A stretch of 64,000 bases of DNA, from assembly GCF_050301095.1 (NCBI RefSeq), contig NZ_JBNKYW010000267.1, positions 37,590 through 101,589 of the forward strand. Reading direction: 5' to 3'. Within the stretch, counting starts at the first letter, position 1, and every line of letters starts with the position of its first letter. Position numbers and translations under genes: made by a program. Under the pieces are notes generated by a model. The model ran no database searches, was not told the DNA's origin, and saw only the letters and a program-made list of their open reading frames with translations. Origin of the DNA: Roseibium sp. (GTDB lineage: Bacteria > Pseudomonadota > Alphaproteobacteria > Rhizobiales > Stappiaceae). This document shows, in pieces, positions 1 to 8,618 of the stretch.

Positions 1-142
1 AAAAACGGTCTTCAAAACGCAATACTCCGCAGTCGAACACAACGATGGAGCACAACTTTTAATAAACGGTGGAACCCGTCCTGCAATTTCGATGAACTAA
101 AGTCCCTTGCCTTTGAAATCCAAAAATCCTACCTCCAAAACC

Positions 143-2227
143 ATGAAACAGGATGCCCTCCCCCCGCGCGCCGAAGCGCGCCCCGTCACCCACGAAACCC
201 ACGGACTGTCCCGCCAGGACGATTACGGCTGGCTGCGCGCCGGCAACTGGCAGGAAGTCATGCGTGACCCGTCCGTTCTCGATGCGGACATACGCGCCTA
301 TCTGGAGGCCGAAAACGCCTATCAGGAACAACAGCTTGAGCCGACCAGGGAGTTGCAGGAAAAGCTCTTTGCCGAAATGCGCGGCCGCATCAAGGAAGAC
401 GACAGTTCGGTCCCCTCGCCCGACGGCCCCTACGCCTACGGCCTGAAATACGAAACCGGCGGACAGCAACCCGTCTTCTTCCGCACTCCGCGCGACGGTG
501 GAGAAGAGGAAACTCTGCTTCACGGCGACAGCGAGGCGGATGGCAAGGCCTACTTCAAGATCGGTGGCGCCAGCCAGTCCACCGACCACAAGCTTCTGGC
601 CTGGGCCTATGACGACAAGGGCTCCGAGTATTACACGCTTCAGCTCCGCGATCTTGCGACCGGCAAGGATCTCGCCGACAGGATCGAGGATACCGGCGGC
701 GGCGGCGTCTTCTCCGCCGACAGCAGATACGTCTTCTACATCCGCCTCGACGCCAACCACCGGCCGTCCAGGCTGTTCCGCCATGAAGTCGGAACGGATC
801 CGGCAGCGGATGTGCTTGTCTATGAGGAAAAGGATGCCGGCTTCTTCATGGGCGTCGGCAAAACCCAGTCCGGCGCGACGATCCTGATCGACATTCACGA
901 CCACGAGACATCCGAAGTCTGGATGATCCCGGCGAACGATCCGACCGCCGATCCGGTCCTGATCGCACCGCGCGAGACCGGCATCGAATATTCCGTCGAG
1001 GACCATGGGGACCTGCTCTATATCCTCACCAACGCGGGCGACGCGGAAGACTTCAAGATCGTCACCGTGCCGAAGGACAATCCGGGTCGCGGCAACTGGT
1101 CGGATCTTGTTGCCCACAAGCCGGGCTGCCTGATCCTGTCCCATTGTCTCTACAAGACGTTCATGACCCGGCTGGAACGGGAAGAAGGCCTGCCACGTAT
1201 CGTCATACATGACCTCGCAGGCGGCGGCGAACATTCCATCGCCTTCGATGAAGAAGCCTATTCCCTGGGTCTCGGGGACGGGTATGAATTCGACACCGAC
1301 ACCATCCGCTTTTCCTATTCGTCCATGACGACGCCCTCGCAGACGTTCGACTACAATGTCGAGACTCGCGAACGCGTTCTGAGGAAAGAACAGGAGGTGC
1401 CGTCCGGTCATACGGCCGCCGACTACGTCACGCGCCGCCTGATGGCGCCTGCCGCCGACGGGGAAACGGTGCCGGTTTCCGTGCTCTATCACAAGGACAC
1501 GAAGCTCGACGGCTCGGCGCCGCTTCTCCTTTACGGCTACGGTTCCTACGGCATCACGATCCCGGCCAGCTTCAACACCAATTCCCTGTCGCTGGTCGCC
1601 CGGGGCTTTGTCTACGCCATCGCCCACATCCGGGGCGGCAAGGACAAGGGCTTCCGCTGGTACAAGGATGGCCGCCGGGAGAAGAAGAAGAATACCTTCA
1701 CCGACTTCATCGCGGCTGCCGACCATCTCGTGGCCGAGAAGTTCACCAGCCACGACAGGATCGTCGCCCACGGCGGTTCCGCCGGAGGCATGCTGATGGG
1801 GGCCATCGCCAACATGGCGCCGGAAAAATTCGGCGGCATCATTGCCGAAGTGCCCTTCGTCGACGTTCTGGCCACCATGCTCGACGACACGCTCCCGCTG
1901 ACGCCGCCGGAATGGCCGGAGTGGGGCAATCCGGTCGCCGACAAGGCAGCCTACGAGTACATCGCCTCCTATTCGCCCTACGACAACGTCGAGGCCAGGG
2001 AGTATCCGGCAATCCTTGCTGTTGCGGGATTGACGGATCCCCGCGTGACCTATTGGGAACCCGCCAAGTGGGTGGCCAGATTGCGCGCCACCAAGACCGG
2101 CGACAGCCTGCTCATGCTGAAGACCAACATGGAAGCCGGTCACGGCGGTGCCTCCGGACGGTTCGACCGCCTGAAGGAAGTCGCACTCAATCAGGCCTTT
2201 GCCCTGATGGTCACAGGCAAGGCCTGA
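143..2227 (+). CDS. ptrB: Oligopeptidase B / protease II (S9A prolyl oligopeptidase family serine peptidase)
   Basis: 706-aa ORF 107..2227. The C-terminal hydrolase half has the nucleophile elbow HGGSAGGMLMG and the catalytic-His region NMEAGHGG. The N-terminal half has a DDYGWLR motif. The ATG at 143 (MKQDALPP) is preferred over the TTG at 107. Confidence 0.85.
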   Translation: MKQDALPPRAEARPVTHETHGLSRQDDYGWLRAGNWQEVMRDPSVLDADIRAYLEAENAYQEQQLEPTRELQEKLFAEMRGRIKEDDSSVPSPDGPYAYGLKYETGGQQPVFFRTPRDGGEEETLLHGDSEADGKAYFKIGGASQSTDHKLLAWAYDDKGSEYYTLQLRDLATGKDLADRIEDTGGGGVFSADSRYVFYIRLDANHRPSRLFRHEVGTDPAADVLVYEEKDAGFFMGVGKTQSGATILIDIHDHETSEVWMIPANDPTADPVLIAPRETGIEYSVEDHGDLLYILTNAGDAEDFKIVTVPKDNPGRGNWSDLVAHKPGCLILSHCLYKTFMTRLEREEGLPRIVIHDLAGGGEHSIAFDEEAYSLGLGDGYEFDTDTIRFSYSSMTTPSQTFDYNVETRERVLRKEQEVPSGHTAADYVTRRLMAPAADGETVPVSVLYHKDTKLDGSAPLLLYGYGSYGITIPASFNTNSLSLVARGFVYAIAHIRGGKDKGFRWYKDGRREKKKNTFTDFIAAADHLVAEKFTSHDRIVAHGGSAGGMLMGAIANMAPEKFGGIIAEVPFVDVLATMLDDTLPLTPPEWPEWGNPVADKAAYEYIASYSPYDNVEAREYPAILAVAGLTDPRVTYWEPAKWVARLRATKTGDSLLMLKTNMEAGHGGASGRFDRLKEVALNQAFALMVTGKA

Positions 2228-2422
2228 GGCATGTGAACGCGATCGGACGGCGGCTTGAAGCGGTCGCCTTCCGGTCCCTCCGGCGTTCTCGCAGCCGGGC
2301 ATGGAAGGGGAATGCGACTTGATTTCGCCCGACTCTTCAGGTCAACTGAACACGTTGAAAATCAATTCTTTGGACTGCCAGGACGCAGGTTTTCCCCGTC
2401 CCGAACATCACTGGAGTTTGCC

Positions 2423-2830
2423 ATGTTCCGCCTCATCCGCACTCCGTTTCCGGCGGTCCGTGGCCTGAAGACCGGCCTGATAACCGCTCTGAGGCTGACC
2501 CCGGCGCTGGTCGCCGCTGCCGGGCTTGCCGCCTGTCAGCCCACACAGTCGTCGGGCCGTCTTGTCGAGGACCTGCTGTTTTCGCCGACCTTCACCAAAA
2601 ACCGCCAGGACATTCCCTATACGTACAACACGCCCTATGACTGCCGCAGCTTCACGGGATCGGGATGGAAGGGCATCGCCAGCGGCGTCGTGCACAATTT
2701 CGGCCAGAAGTACCAGCTCTCGCAGGCCGGCTGTTTCAGGACGCAGCAGGAGTGTCAGGCTTATCTCGCCGTCATGCGCGGATATATCGACATACCGTAT
2801 TTCATTCGCTGCAATCCCTACTCTGCCTGA
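2423..2830 (+). CDS. Hypothetical lipoprotein, Cys-containing
   Basis: Lies in-frame within ORF 2255..2830. The ATG at 2423 gives MFRLIRTPFP..., a signal sequence ending in the lipobox GLAAC. The mature part has 4 further Cys. I recognise no family. Confidence 0.5.
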   Translation: MFRLIRTPFPAVRGLKTGLITALRLTPALVAAAGLAACQPTQSSGRLVEDLLFSPTFTKNRQDIPYTYNTPYDCRSFTGSGWKGIASGVVHNFGQKYQLSQAGCFRTQQECQAYLAVMRGYIDIPYFIRCNPYSA

Positions 2831-2836
2831 ACCGCT

Positions 2837-3742
2837 TCAGAACGGCAGGCCACCCTGGAAGACCGGACGGTCTGACAGATAGTCTTCCATGAAATCGCGC
2901 AGGAGTTTCGCTCGCGCGCTCAGGAGCCGGCCTGTCGGCCAGACCGCATAGACATCCCTCCGCTGGCCTTGCCAGCTCGGCAGAAGCACCCGAAGCGCGC
3001 CTGTCTCAAGATCGCTGAACAGCTCGCTGACGGGCAAAAGCACGATGCCGTGTCCGTCGGCCGCCAGTTGCCGGGCGAGACTGATATCGTCAACCGCAAT
3101 ATCGGCGTTCAGGTGCAGCAACTCCTGCGCACCCGTTTCAAGGTTGGTCAGCCGCCAGTGCGGCAGAGAGGATATCCAGATCAGCCTGTGCCGGCGCAGA
3201 TCCTGCGGTTCCTCAAGTGCAGCGGCTCCAGCCAGATACCCGTCAGAAGCAACAAGAACTGTTGCGACCGTTCCAATGCGCTTCTGGTAAAGCCGCACAT
3301 CCGTCTGGGGTCCGATCCTCAAAGCCAGGTCGAACCGGTTTTCCTCAAGGTCCTTGGAATCGTTGCTGAGCGCAAGTGTGAGCTGGATCTCCGGATAGGA
3401 CTTCAGAAAAGACGACCACATCGGCTCCAGAATACCGATGGAAATGTTGGTCGGCGCAGCCACCCGCAAGCGGCCGCTCAACTGGTTCAATTCGGTGCTG
3501 AGCCCCCGGAGCTTGTGCTCCGCCTGCTGAACCAGATCCGCGAAGGCCTCGTAGTAGGCTTCCCCCTCCGAGGTCAGGGCGAATTTTCTGGCCGATCGGT
3601 GAACCAGTTGCGCCCCGATCTCCTCTTCCAGCTTGCGCAGCCTGCGCGTCACGGTCGCCGCCGGCAGCTTCAGACGTATTGCCGCCGCCGACAGGCTACG
3701 GTGCTGGGCAACATGAATGAAGAGAGCGATATCGTCGAGCAT
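2837..3742 (-). CDS. LysR family transcriptional regulator
   Basis: 301 aa. The N-terminal HTH (MLDDIALFIHVAQHRSLSAAAIRLKLPAATVTRRLRKLEEEIG) is followed by a LysR substrate-binding domain. The gene is divergent from 3844..4774. Confidence 0.9.
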   Translation of the reverse strand: MLDDIALFIHVAQHRSLSAAAIRLKLPAATVTRRLRKLEEEIGAQLVHRSARKFALTSEGEAYYEAFADLVQQAEHKLRGLSTELNQLSGRLRVAAPTNISIGILEPMWSSFLKSYPEIQLTLALSNDSKDLEENRFDLALRIGPQTDVRLYQKRIGTVATVLVASDGYLAGAAALEEPQDLRRHRLIWISSLPHWRLTNLETGAQELLHLNADIAVDDISLARQLAADGHGIVLLPVSELFSDLETGALRVLLPSWQGQRRDVYAVWPTGRLLSARAKLLRDFMEDYLSDRPVFQGGLPF

Positions 3743-3765
3743 GATTTCATTTTTGAAATTTAATC

Positions 3766-3780
3766 TACCGACTTTCGGTA
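3766..3780. promoter_or_regulatory. Candidate LysR operator: perfect inverted repeat TACCGA-N3-TCGGTA
   Basis: The palindrome taccgactttcggta lies in the 101-bp divergent intergenic region between the LysR gene and the ABM/DUF2798/RidA genes. It is flanked by direct copies of ttttgaaat at 3751-3759 and 3792-3800. Confidence 0.35.
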
Positions 3781-3843
3781 TAGATTCTCTATTTTGAAAT
3801 CAATATCTCTGACTTGTCCGCCACAAAGACAACGGAGATCCAC

Positions 3844-4155
3844 ATGTCAGAGTATTTCATCAGCGCCGGCATCGAGTTGCAGCAAGGCGCCGACCTGAAG
3901 CAGACCGAACTCGGCCTGAAACAGCTTGCCGAGCAGACACGCCGCGAGCCTGGGTGCCTCCTCTTCGAAATCAGGCAGAACCTGAAGGAGCCGGGCAAGT
4001 TCATTCTCTGGGAATGCTGGAAAGACCGGCAGGCCCTCGCGGACCACTTCGAGATGCCGCACACAAGAGCATTTCTCGCACGCAACCTGACACAGGTTCG
4101 ATACATCGAGGAACTGGGCGAGATCGGCCAGCCCGCGACGACCGAAGCAGCGTGA
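3844..4155 (+). CDS. Antibiotic-biosynthesis-monooxygenase (ABM) domain protein / putative quinol monooxygenase
   Basis: About 100 aa of ferredoxin-like ABM pattern (EPGCLLFEIRQNLKEPGKFILWECWKDRQALADHFEMPHTRAF). The ATG at 3844 is in-frame in ORF 3814..4155. Confidence 0.7.
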   Translation: MSEYFISAGIELQQGADLKQTELGLKQLAEQTRREPGCLLFEIRQNLKEPGKFILWECWKDRQALADHFEMPHTRAFLARNLTQVRYIEELGEIGQPATTEAA

Positions 4156-4162
4156 GCGCACC

Positions 4163-4381
4163 ATGAAACACAGGTTGATCACCACGGCCCTGATGTCGCT
4201 GGGGTTGTCGCTTCTGATGTCCTGCTGGGTGACCTTTCTCAACCTGGGCTGGAGCGACGCTTTCTTCGGTCAATGGATGGCAGCCTTTCGCCTGGCCTGG
4301 CCACCGGCTGCTGTTATCGCTTTCGTTCTCGGCCCGCCGGTCCAGAAGGCAACTGTCTTCCTGGCAGCGCGCCTGCCCTGA
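4163..4381 (+). CDS. DUF2798-like small membrane protein
   Basis: 72 aa with two hydrophobic helices (MSLGLSLLMSCWVTFLNLGW, AWPPAAVIAFVLGPPV). It starts 8 nt after the ABM gene. Confidence 0.55.
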   Translation: MKHRLITTALMSLGLSLLMSCWVTFLNLGWSDAFFGQWMAAFRLAWPPAAVIAFVLGPPVQKATVFLAARLP

Positions 4382-4387
4382 ATATCC

Positions 4388-4774
4388 ATGAGGAACTTTA
4401 TGCCCGTTACCAGACAGAACTTCGAACAGCTCGGCCTTCCCGCCGGCCCCTATACCCATGCGGTCACCCACGCAGAAACGCTTTACACGTCAGGCTTCAC
4501 GGCCTTCGGCACCCCTGCTGCCGCCTCGGGCGCCGGAGATCAGACCCGAGCGGTCCTGAACCAGCTTGCCTTTATCGCGCAGCAGCACGGCAAGGATCTG
4601 GACGCCCTTTTGAAAGTCACGGTCTTCGTGACTAATCCTGCGGATATTCCGGAGATACGCGAGGCACTCGCGGCGCGCTACGGCTGTCACGTGCCGGCCA
4701 GTTCCCTGGTGGTGATTTCCGAGCTGTTTGCACCGGACCTGAAGGTCGAAATCGAAGCGGTCTTCGCCCTTTGA
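4388..4774 (+). CDS. RidA/YjgF/UK114 family reactive-intermediate deaminase
   Basis: 128 aa. Typical pattern: PAGPYTHAV...LYTSG, KVTVFVTN, and C-terminal VEIEAVFAL. Confidence 0.85.
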   Translation: MRNFMPVTRQNFEQLGLPAGPYTHAVTHAETLYTSGFTAFGTPAAASGAGDQTRAVLNQLAFIAQQHGKDLDALLKVTVFVTNPADIPEIREALAARYGCHVPASSLVVISELFAPDLKVEIEAVFAL

Positions 4775-5019
4775 CGGATGGAACAGATGCTCCTGCGGGT
4801 GACGGATCGCATTCAAACTACGCGTTTTTACTTAGTTGAATGGTCGTACACGCGCCCTACAACCTGAACAAGCACGGAATTGAAAAAATCCTTCCTTGTG
4901 CACGGGCAATACGACCCAATAACCAAAACAAGACTTGAACCACCTGTTTACGGGTGGTTTCCTTTGCGCGTGGATGGTTTTATTTTCTTTTCAGGCACTT
5001 GCCTGCTTTCTCTGACCAT

Positions 5020-5508
5020 TCATGCGAATGTTTTCCGGAAGAACAGCGTCTCCCTGATCGGCGTGTTGTAGTAGGCTGGAATTTCGTCAAAACCTGCAGC
5101 CTTGTAGAGCCGGATCGCTCCGGTCATCGACGGGAGCGTGTCCAGAAGCATCTCCCGGTATCCGGCATCGACGGCGGCCGTGAGAACAGTGTCCACCAGC
5201 GCGGCTCCAACACCCCGCCCCCGGCCTTCAGGCAGAACATAAAGCCGCTTCATCTCGCAGGCGCCGCCCGGCCCGAACGGCCGGAAACCGGCGCAACCGA
5301 GAACCGCACCGTCCGTAGCCCGAGCCAGGAACAGGGCCCCTTGGGGCCGCGCATATTTGCCGGGCAGGCCCGCAAGTTCCTCTTCAAACCCTTGATAGGA
5401 CAAATCGATACCGAGCCAGTCCACATTGGCCCGAAACAGCGTTCTGACTGCGTCAAGATCGGCAGGGTTTTCTGCCCGTGCAATTGAGAAATCCTGTGGG
5501 TGTTTCAT
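5020..5508 (-). CDS. GNAT family N-acetyltransferase
   Basis: Acetyl-CoA binding motif LYVLPEGRGRGVGAALV. The start at the ATG at 5508 (MKHPQDF) avoids overlap with the upstream cytochrome gene. Confidence 0.8.
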   Translation of the reverse strand: MKHPQDFSIARAENPADLDAVRTLFRANVDWLGIDLSYQGFEEELAGLPGKYARPQGALFLARATDGAVLGCAGFRPFGPGGACEMKRLYVLPEGRGRGVGAALVDTVLTAAVDAGYREMLLDTLPSMTGAIRLYKAAGFDEIPAYYNTPIRETLFFRKTFA

Positions 5509-5533
5509 GATACCGGGTCTGAAATCTTGAATG

Positions 5534-6466
5534 TCATCTGGCGGGGTCTGCAACTGGCGGCACGGCTTTCAGGTAGGCGGCAATCGCCTCACGGTCGCTG
5601 GCAGGCAGTCTGGCTATGTTTTCCTGGACATGCACCATGTCGCCGCCGACGGTATCGTAGTCCGGCGTGAATCCGCTTTCCAGATAGTAAGCAATATCAG
5701 CCGCGCTCCAGGTGGCAATGTCCTTGCCGGTCGGGGTGATGTTCGGAATGCGCCCCTCACCGTCAGGCGCGGCGGCCCCGCCGAGCCACGCCGTCAGAAC
5801 CGGTCCACCAAAGGCATCGCGGGTCGTATGGCACTCGCCGCAATGACCAGGCCCCTCCACCAGGTAACGCCCCCTGTCGAAGAGCGCGAGACCGGCCTCC
5901 ACGAGCCCGTCCGGCCGGGCGACAACCGGGGCCGGATCGAGATAAAGACGTTTCCAGAGGCCGAGACCGCGACGGAAATTGAAGGGAAATCCGAGGTCAT
6001 GCCCGGGCGCCTTGCCTTCAACCGCCGGCAAGGTCTTCAGGAAGGCAAAAAGATCTCCGAGATCCTGACCGCTCATGCGGGCATAGGACGTATAGGGAAA
6101 GGCGGGATAGTAGTTGCGGCCGTCCGGCGACGTGCCGTGGGTCAGGGCATTGGCGAAGTCCGCAAGAGACCAGGCGCCGATACCGTCGCGCTGGCTGGTC
6201 GAAATATTGGGGGGGACGAACACACCGAAGGGTGTCTTGAGCCGAAGGCCGCCGCCGAGCCTGAACTTCCCCTCCCCTTCCGCCCCCTTGGCGGCATGGC
6301 ACGCCGAGCAGCCCCCGGCCCAGAACACCTGCTCGCCTCTGACAGGATCGCCCGGTTTCAGCGCGGCAAGTTCCCCTGCCCCCATCCGCGTTGGCGCGGA
6401 CAAAATCCAGGCAACGAGGCCGGCAAGGCCTGCGAGCAGAACCAGGACAATCAGGACCTTTCTCAT
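5534..6466 (-). CDS. Di-haem c-type cytochrome, membrane-anchored or secreted
   Basis: 310 aa with an N-terminal hydrophobic anchor and two CXXCH motifs (CSACH, CGECH). Confidence 0.8.
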   Translation of the reverse strand: MRKVLIVLVLLAGLAGLVAWILSAPTRMGAGELAALKPGDPVRGEQVFWAGGCSACHAAKGAEGEGKFRLGGGLRLKTPFGVFVPPNISTSQRDGIGAWSLADFANALTHGTSPDGRNYYPAFPYTSYARMSGQDLGDLFAFLKTLPAVEGKAPGHDLGFPFNFRRGLGLWKRLYLDPAPVVARPDGLVEAGLALFDRGRYLVEGPGHCGECHTTRDAFGGPVLTAWLGGAAAPDGEGRIPNITPTGKDIATWSAADIAYYLESGFTPDYDTVGGDMVHVQENIARLPASDREAIAAYLKAVPPVADPAR

Positions 6467-6497
6467 GAAACCTCAAGAACGCTTTTGGGTCCGCCAG

Positions 6498-6956
6498 CTA
6501 GTTCTTCCGGTAGGTCTCGTGACAGGACTTGCAAATACCAAATACCGGACCGACGGCGGCTTTGAACGCTTCCAGGTCCGCAGGCCCCTCTTTTCCGGAT
6601 GCTGCATTCGCCTTGGCTGTGGCGGCCTGAAACGCGGTGAGTTTGGCGGCAAACCCGTCAGGATCTTCCCATATGGCGGGTTTGGCCCAGGTATTGCCCT
6701 GGTCTGACCCTTCTGGAAAAAACGAGCCATAGGACAGCGACGCGGCCCGCAAGGTTGCGATCACTGATTTTCCCGCGACCGGCGAATAGGCAACCTCGCC
6801 TTTCATCATGCCGCCGCCCAAGGCCGCAGCAGCGTTGGCGGATGCCATGATGGCCTGTCGGGTTACAATCGGATCGTCCGCCGCCTCGGCTACGGCCCCG
6901 GCAAGCCCCGGCCCCATCGTCAGGACCAGCACCACTGTCTTCCGGAAAATGCTCAT
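6498..6956 (-). CDS. Class II cytochrome c (cytochrome c-prime / c-556 family)
   Basis: Signal peptide MSIFRKTVVLVLTMGPGLAGAVAEA, a four-helix-type sequence, and a single haem motif CKSCH close to the C-terminus, which is diagnostic of class II cytochromes c. Confidence 0.75.
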   Translation of the reverse strand: MSIFRKTVVLVLTMGPGLAGAVAEAADDPIVTRQAIMASANAAAALGGGMMKGEVAYSPVAGKSVIATLRAASLSYGSFFPEGSDQGNTWAKPAIWEDPDGFAAKLTAFQAATAKANAASGKEGPADLEAFKAAVGPVFGICKSCHETYRKN

Positions 6957-7082
6957 GTTCGCCTCCTTCCCGTTTCGCGAGTATGACGGCGCAATCGGCA
7001 CCAGAAGCAGTACAGCCCATCAAGCAGGCGAGTTTGAAATCAAGCTCTCGTGAGCTCCGGCCCCCCTTGCCGGCAGAAACGG

Positions 7083-7115
7083 GCAAAAAGAAACCCCGGT
7101 CCATACGGACCGGGG
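7083..7115 (-). terminator. Rho-independent terminator of sodB
   Basis: 9-bp GC stem (7094-7102 / 7107-7115) with a 4-nt loop. On the minus strand it is followed by TTTCTTTTT (7085-7093). It lies 32 nt downstream of the sodB stop. Confidence 0.6.
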
Positions 7116-7146
7116 CTCCGGATTGTCGCACTCGCGTTGCCGCGAA

Positions 7147-7749
7147 TTACTTGGCAGCGGCTTCGTAGAGCTCCAGGACGTAGTCCCAGTTGATCATGTT
7201 GTCGATGAACGCTTCCAGGTACTTCGGACGCGCATTGCGGTAGTCGATGTAGTAGGAGTGTTCCCAGACGTCACAGCCGAGGATCGGCGTCGCGCCGTGA
7301 ACCAGCGGGTTCTCGCCGTTCGGGGTCTTCATGATTTCAAGCTTGCCGTCCTTAACGGCAACCCAGGCCCAGCCGGAGCCGAACTGGCCGACACCGGCGG
7401 CGATAAAGTCGGCGCGGAACTTGTCGAAACCGCCGAGATCGCTGTCGATGGCAGAGGCAAGCGCGCCCGGCAGGGAGTTGCCGCCGCCGTCCTTCTTCAT
7501 CCACTTCCAGAAATGGATGTGGTTGTAGTGCTGACCGGCATTGTTGAAGAGAGCAGCATTCTTGCCATAGCTCTCCTTCACGATCTCTTCCAGGGACTTG
7601 CCTTCAAGGCCACTGCCGGCGAGCAGTTCGTTGCCCTTGGTGACATAGGCCTGGTGGTGCTTGTCGTGGTGAAACTCGAGGGTCTCGGCAGACATATACG
7701 GAGCCAGCGCATCATATGCATACGGCAGATCAGGCAATTCGAAAGACAT
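7147..7749 (-). CDS. sodB: Iron superoxide dismutase
   Basis: MSFELPDLPYAYDALAPYMS..., HHDKHH, FNNAGQHYNHIHFW (Fe-type Gln position) and DVWEHSYYIDY. The true start is the ATG at 7749, inside the longer ORF 7147..7932. Confidence 0.93.
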   Translation of the reverse strand: MSFELPDLPYAYDALAPYMSAETLEFHHDKHHQAYVTKGNELLAGSGLEGKSLEEIVKESYGKNAALFNNAGQHYNHIHFWKWMKKDGGGNSLPGALASAIDSDLGGFDKFRADFIAAGVGQFGSGWAWVAVKDGKLEIMKTPNGENPLVHGATPILGCDVWEHSYYIDYRNARPKYLEAFIDNMINWDYVLELYEAAAK

Positions 7750-8084
7750 GACAAACTCCTCAAAATGGTCGGTGACCGGCGGCCAGGACCCTTGGTCCGA
7801 AAGACCGCGTCGAGCGGGAAAATAAGAGTCTCGTGCCCACTCGGCAAGCCGGGAACACAAAATAAAATAATTTTTTCTTGTTTTTTTGCCCCACACCCCG
7901 GACAGCCAGGCCGGATGCGTATGGTGCGGCAATGTGCAGCCCGTTGTGCCGGGATGATCACGCGGATTTCATCTCGCTGTCATCAAAGTCAATTTGTGTG
8001 ATGTTCAGCACGTTGTTTTTGAGGAAGAAAGCTTATCTCTCATTCCACAGCCAATAACGGCTGCAACTTGATTGGGAGTTACAA

Positions 8085-8420
8085 ATGAATCTCAAAAATA
8101 CTTACACTATCGCTTTTCTTGTTTCCGGCGGAATCTTTCTCGCCTCCACCATGACTTCGTTCGCCGGCCCAAGCAACGGCAGTAATCTTGGAGATTGCTA
8201 CAACAACTGGATCACCTGGTGTAACGACCATACCAGTGGCTATCCCAACAACTGCTACGGCGACAGCATGGACCATTGCGACAGCATCCATAAGGCCAGC
8301 ATGACCGAGATCCCGGGTTTCAAGGTCAAATCCATGCGGGCCAGCGCCCTGCGCAAGGCCAAGCGCGCCAACGTCAAACTGGTGACCCCGACGGTCCAGC
8401 CGCTCCGCCGCGCGAACTGA
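8085..8420 (+). CDS. Small secreted Cys-containing hypothetical protein
   Basis: 111 aa with a signal peptide (IAFLVSGGIFLASTMTSFA|GPS), 4 Cys in the mature N-terminal part and a basic C-terminal tail. The gene is visibly AT-richer than its neighbours and is followed by a terminator. Confidence 0.55.
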   Translation: MNLKNTYTIAFLVSGGIFLASTMTSFAGPSNGSNLGDCYNNWITWCNDHTSGYPNNCYGDSMDHCDSIHKASMTEIPGFKVKSMRASALRKAKRANVKLVTPTVQPLRRAN

Positions 8421-8443
8421 TCCTCGCGCTGCGTCAGTCAAAA

Positions 8444-8474
8444 AGCCCTGCGATGGACGCATCGCGGGGCTTTT
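8444..8474 (+). terminator. Rho-independent terminator
   Basis: 11-bp stem (8444-8454 / 8459-8469, one G-U pair), 4-nt loop, then TTTT. Confidence 0.6.
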
Positions 8475-8618
8475 GCCTGTCCGGCAAGGAGTGAGAGTGT
8501 TTCCCCTGACCGAAGAGCTGTAATGACATTGCCGATCCTGCGTGGCACGCTGGTGCCGATTTCGCACGCAACCGATTTGCAGGAAGGTCCCGCGCCTTCA
8601 GCAGTCCGAAAGGCCCTG

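Noticed and set aside
59-2302. A 747-aa ORF on the minus strand covering the whole protease II gene.
   Set aside because: It is an antisense shadow ORF, typical of GC-rich DNA. Its translation is low-complexity (Gly/Arg/Ala/Val-rich) with no recognisable motifs, while the plus-strand frame has clear S9 peptidase motifs.
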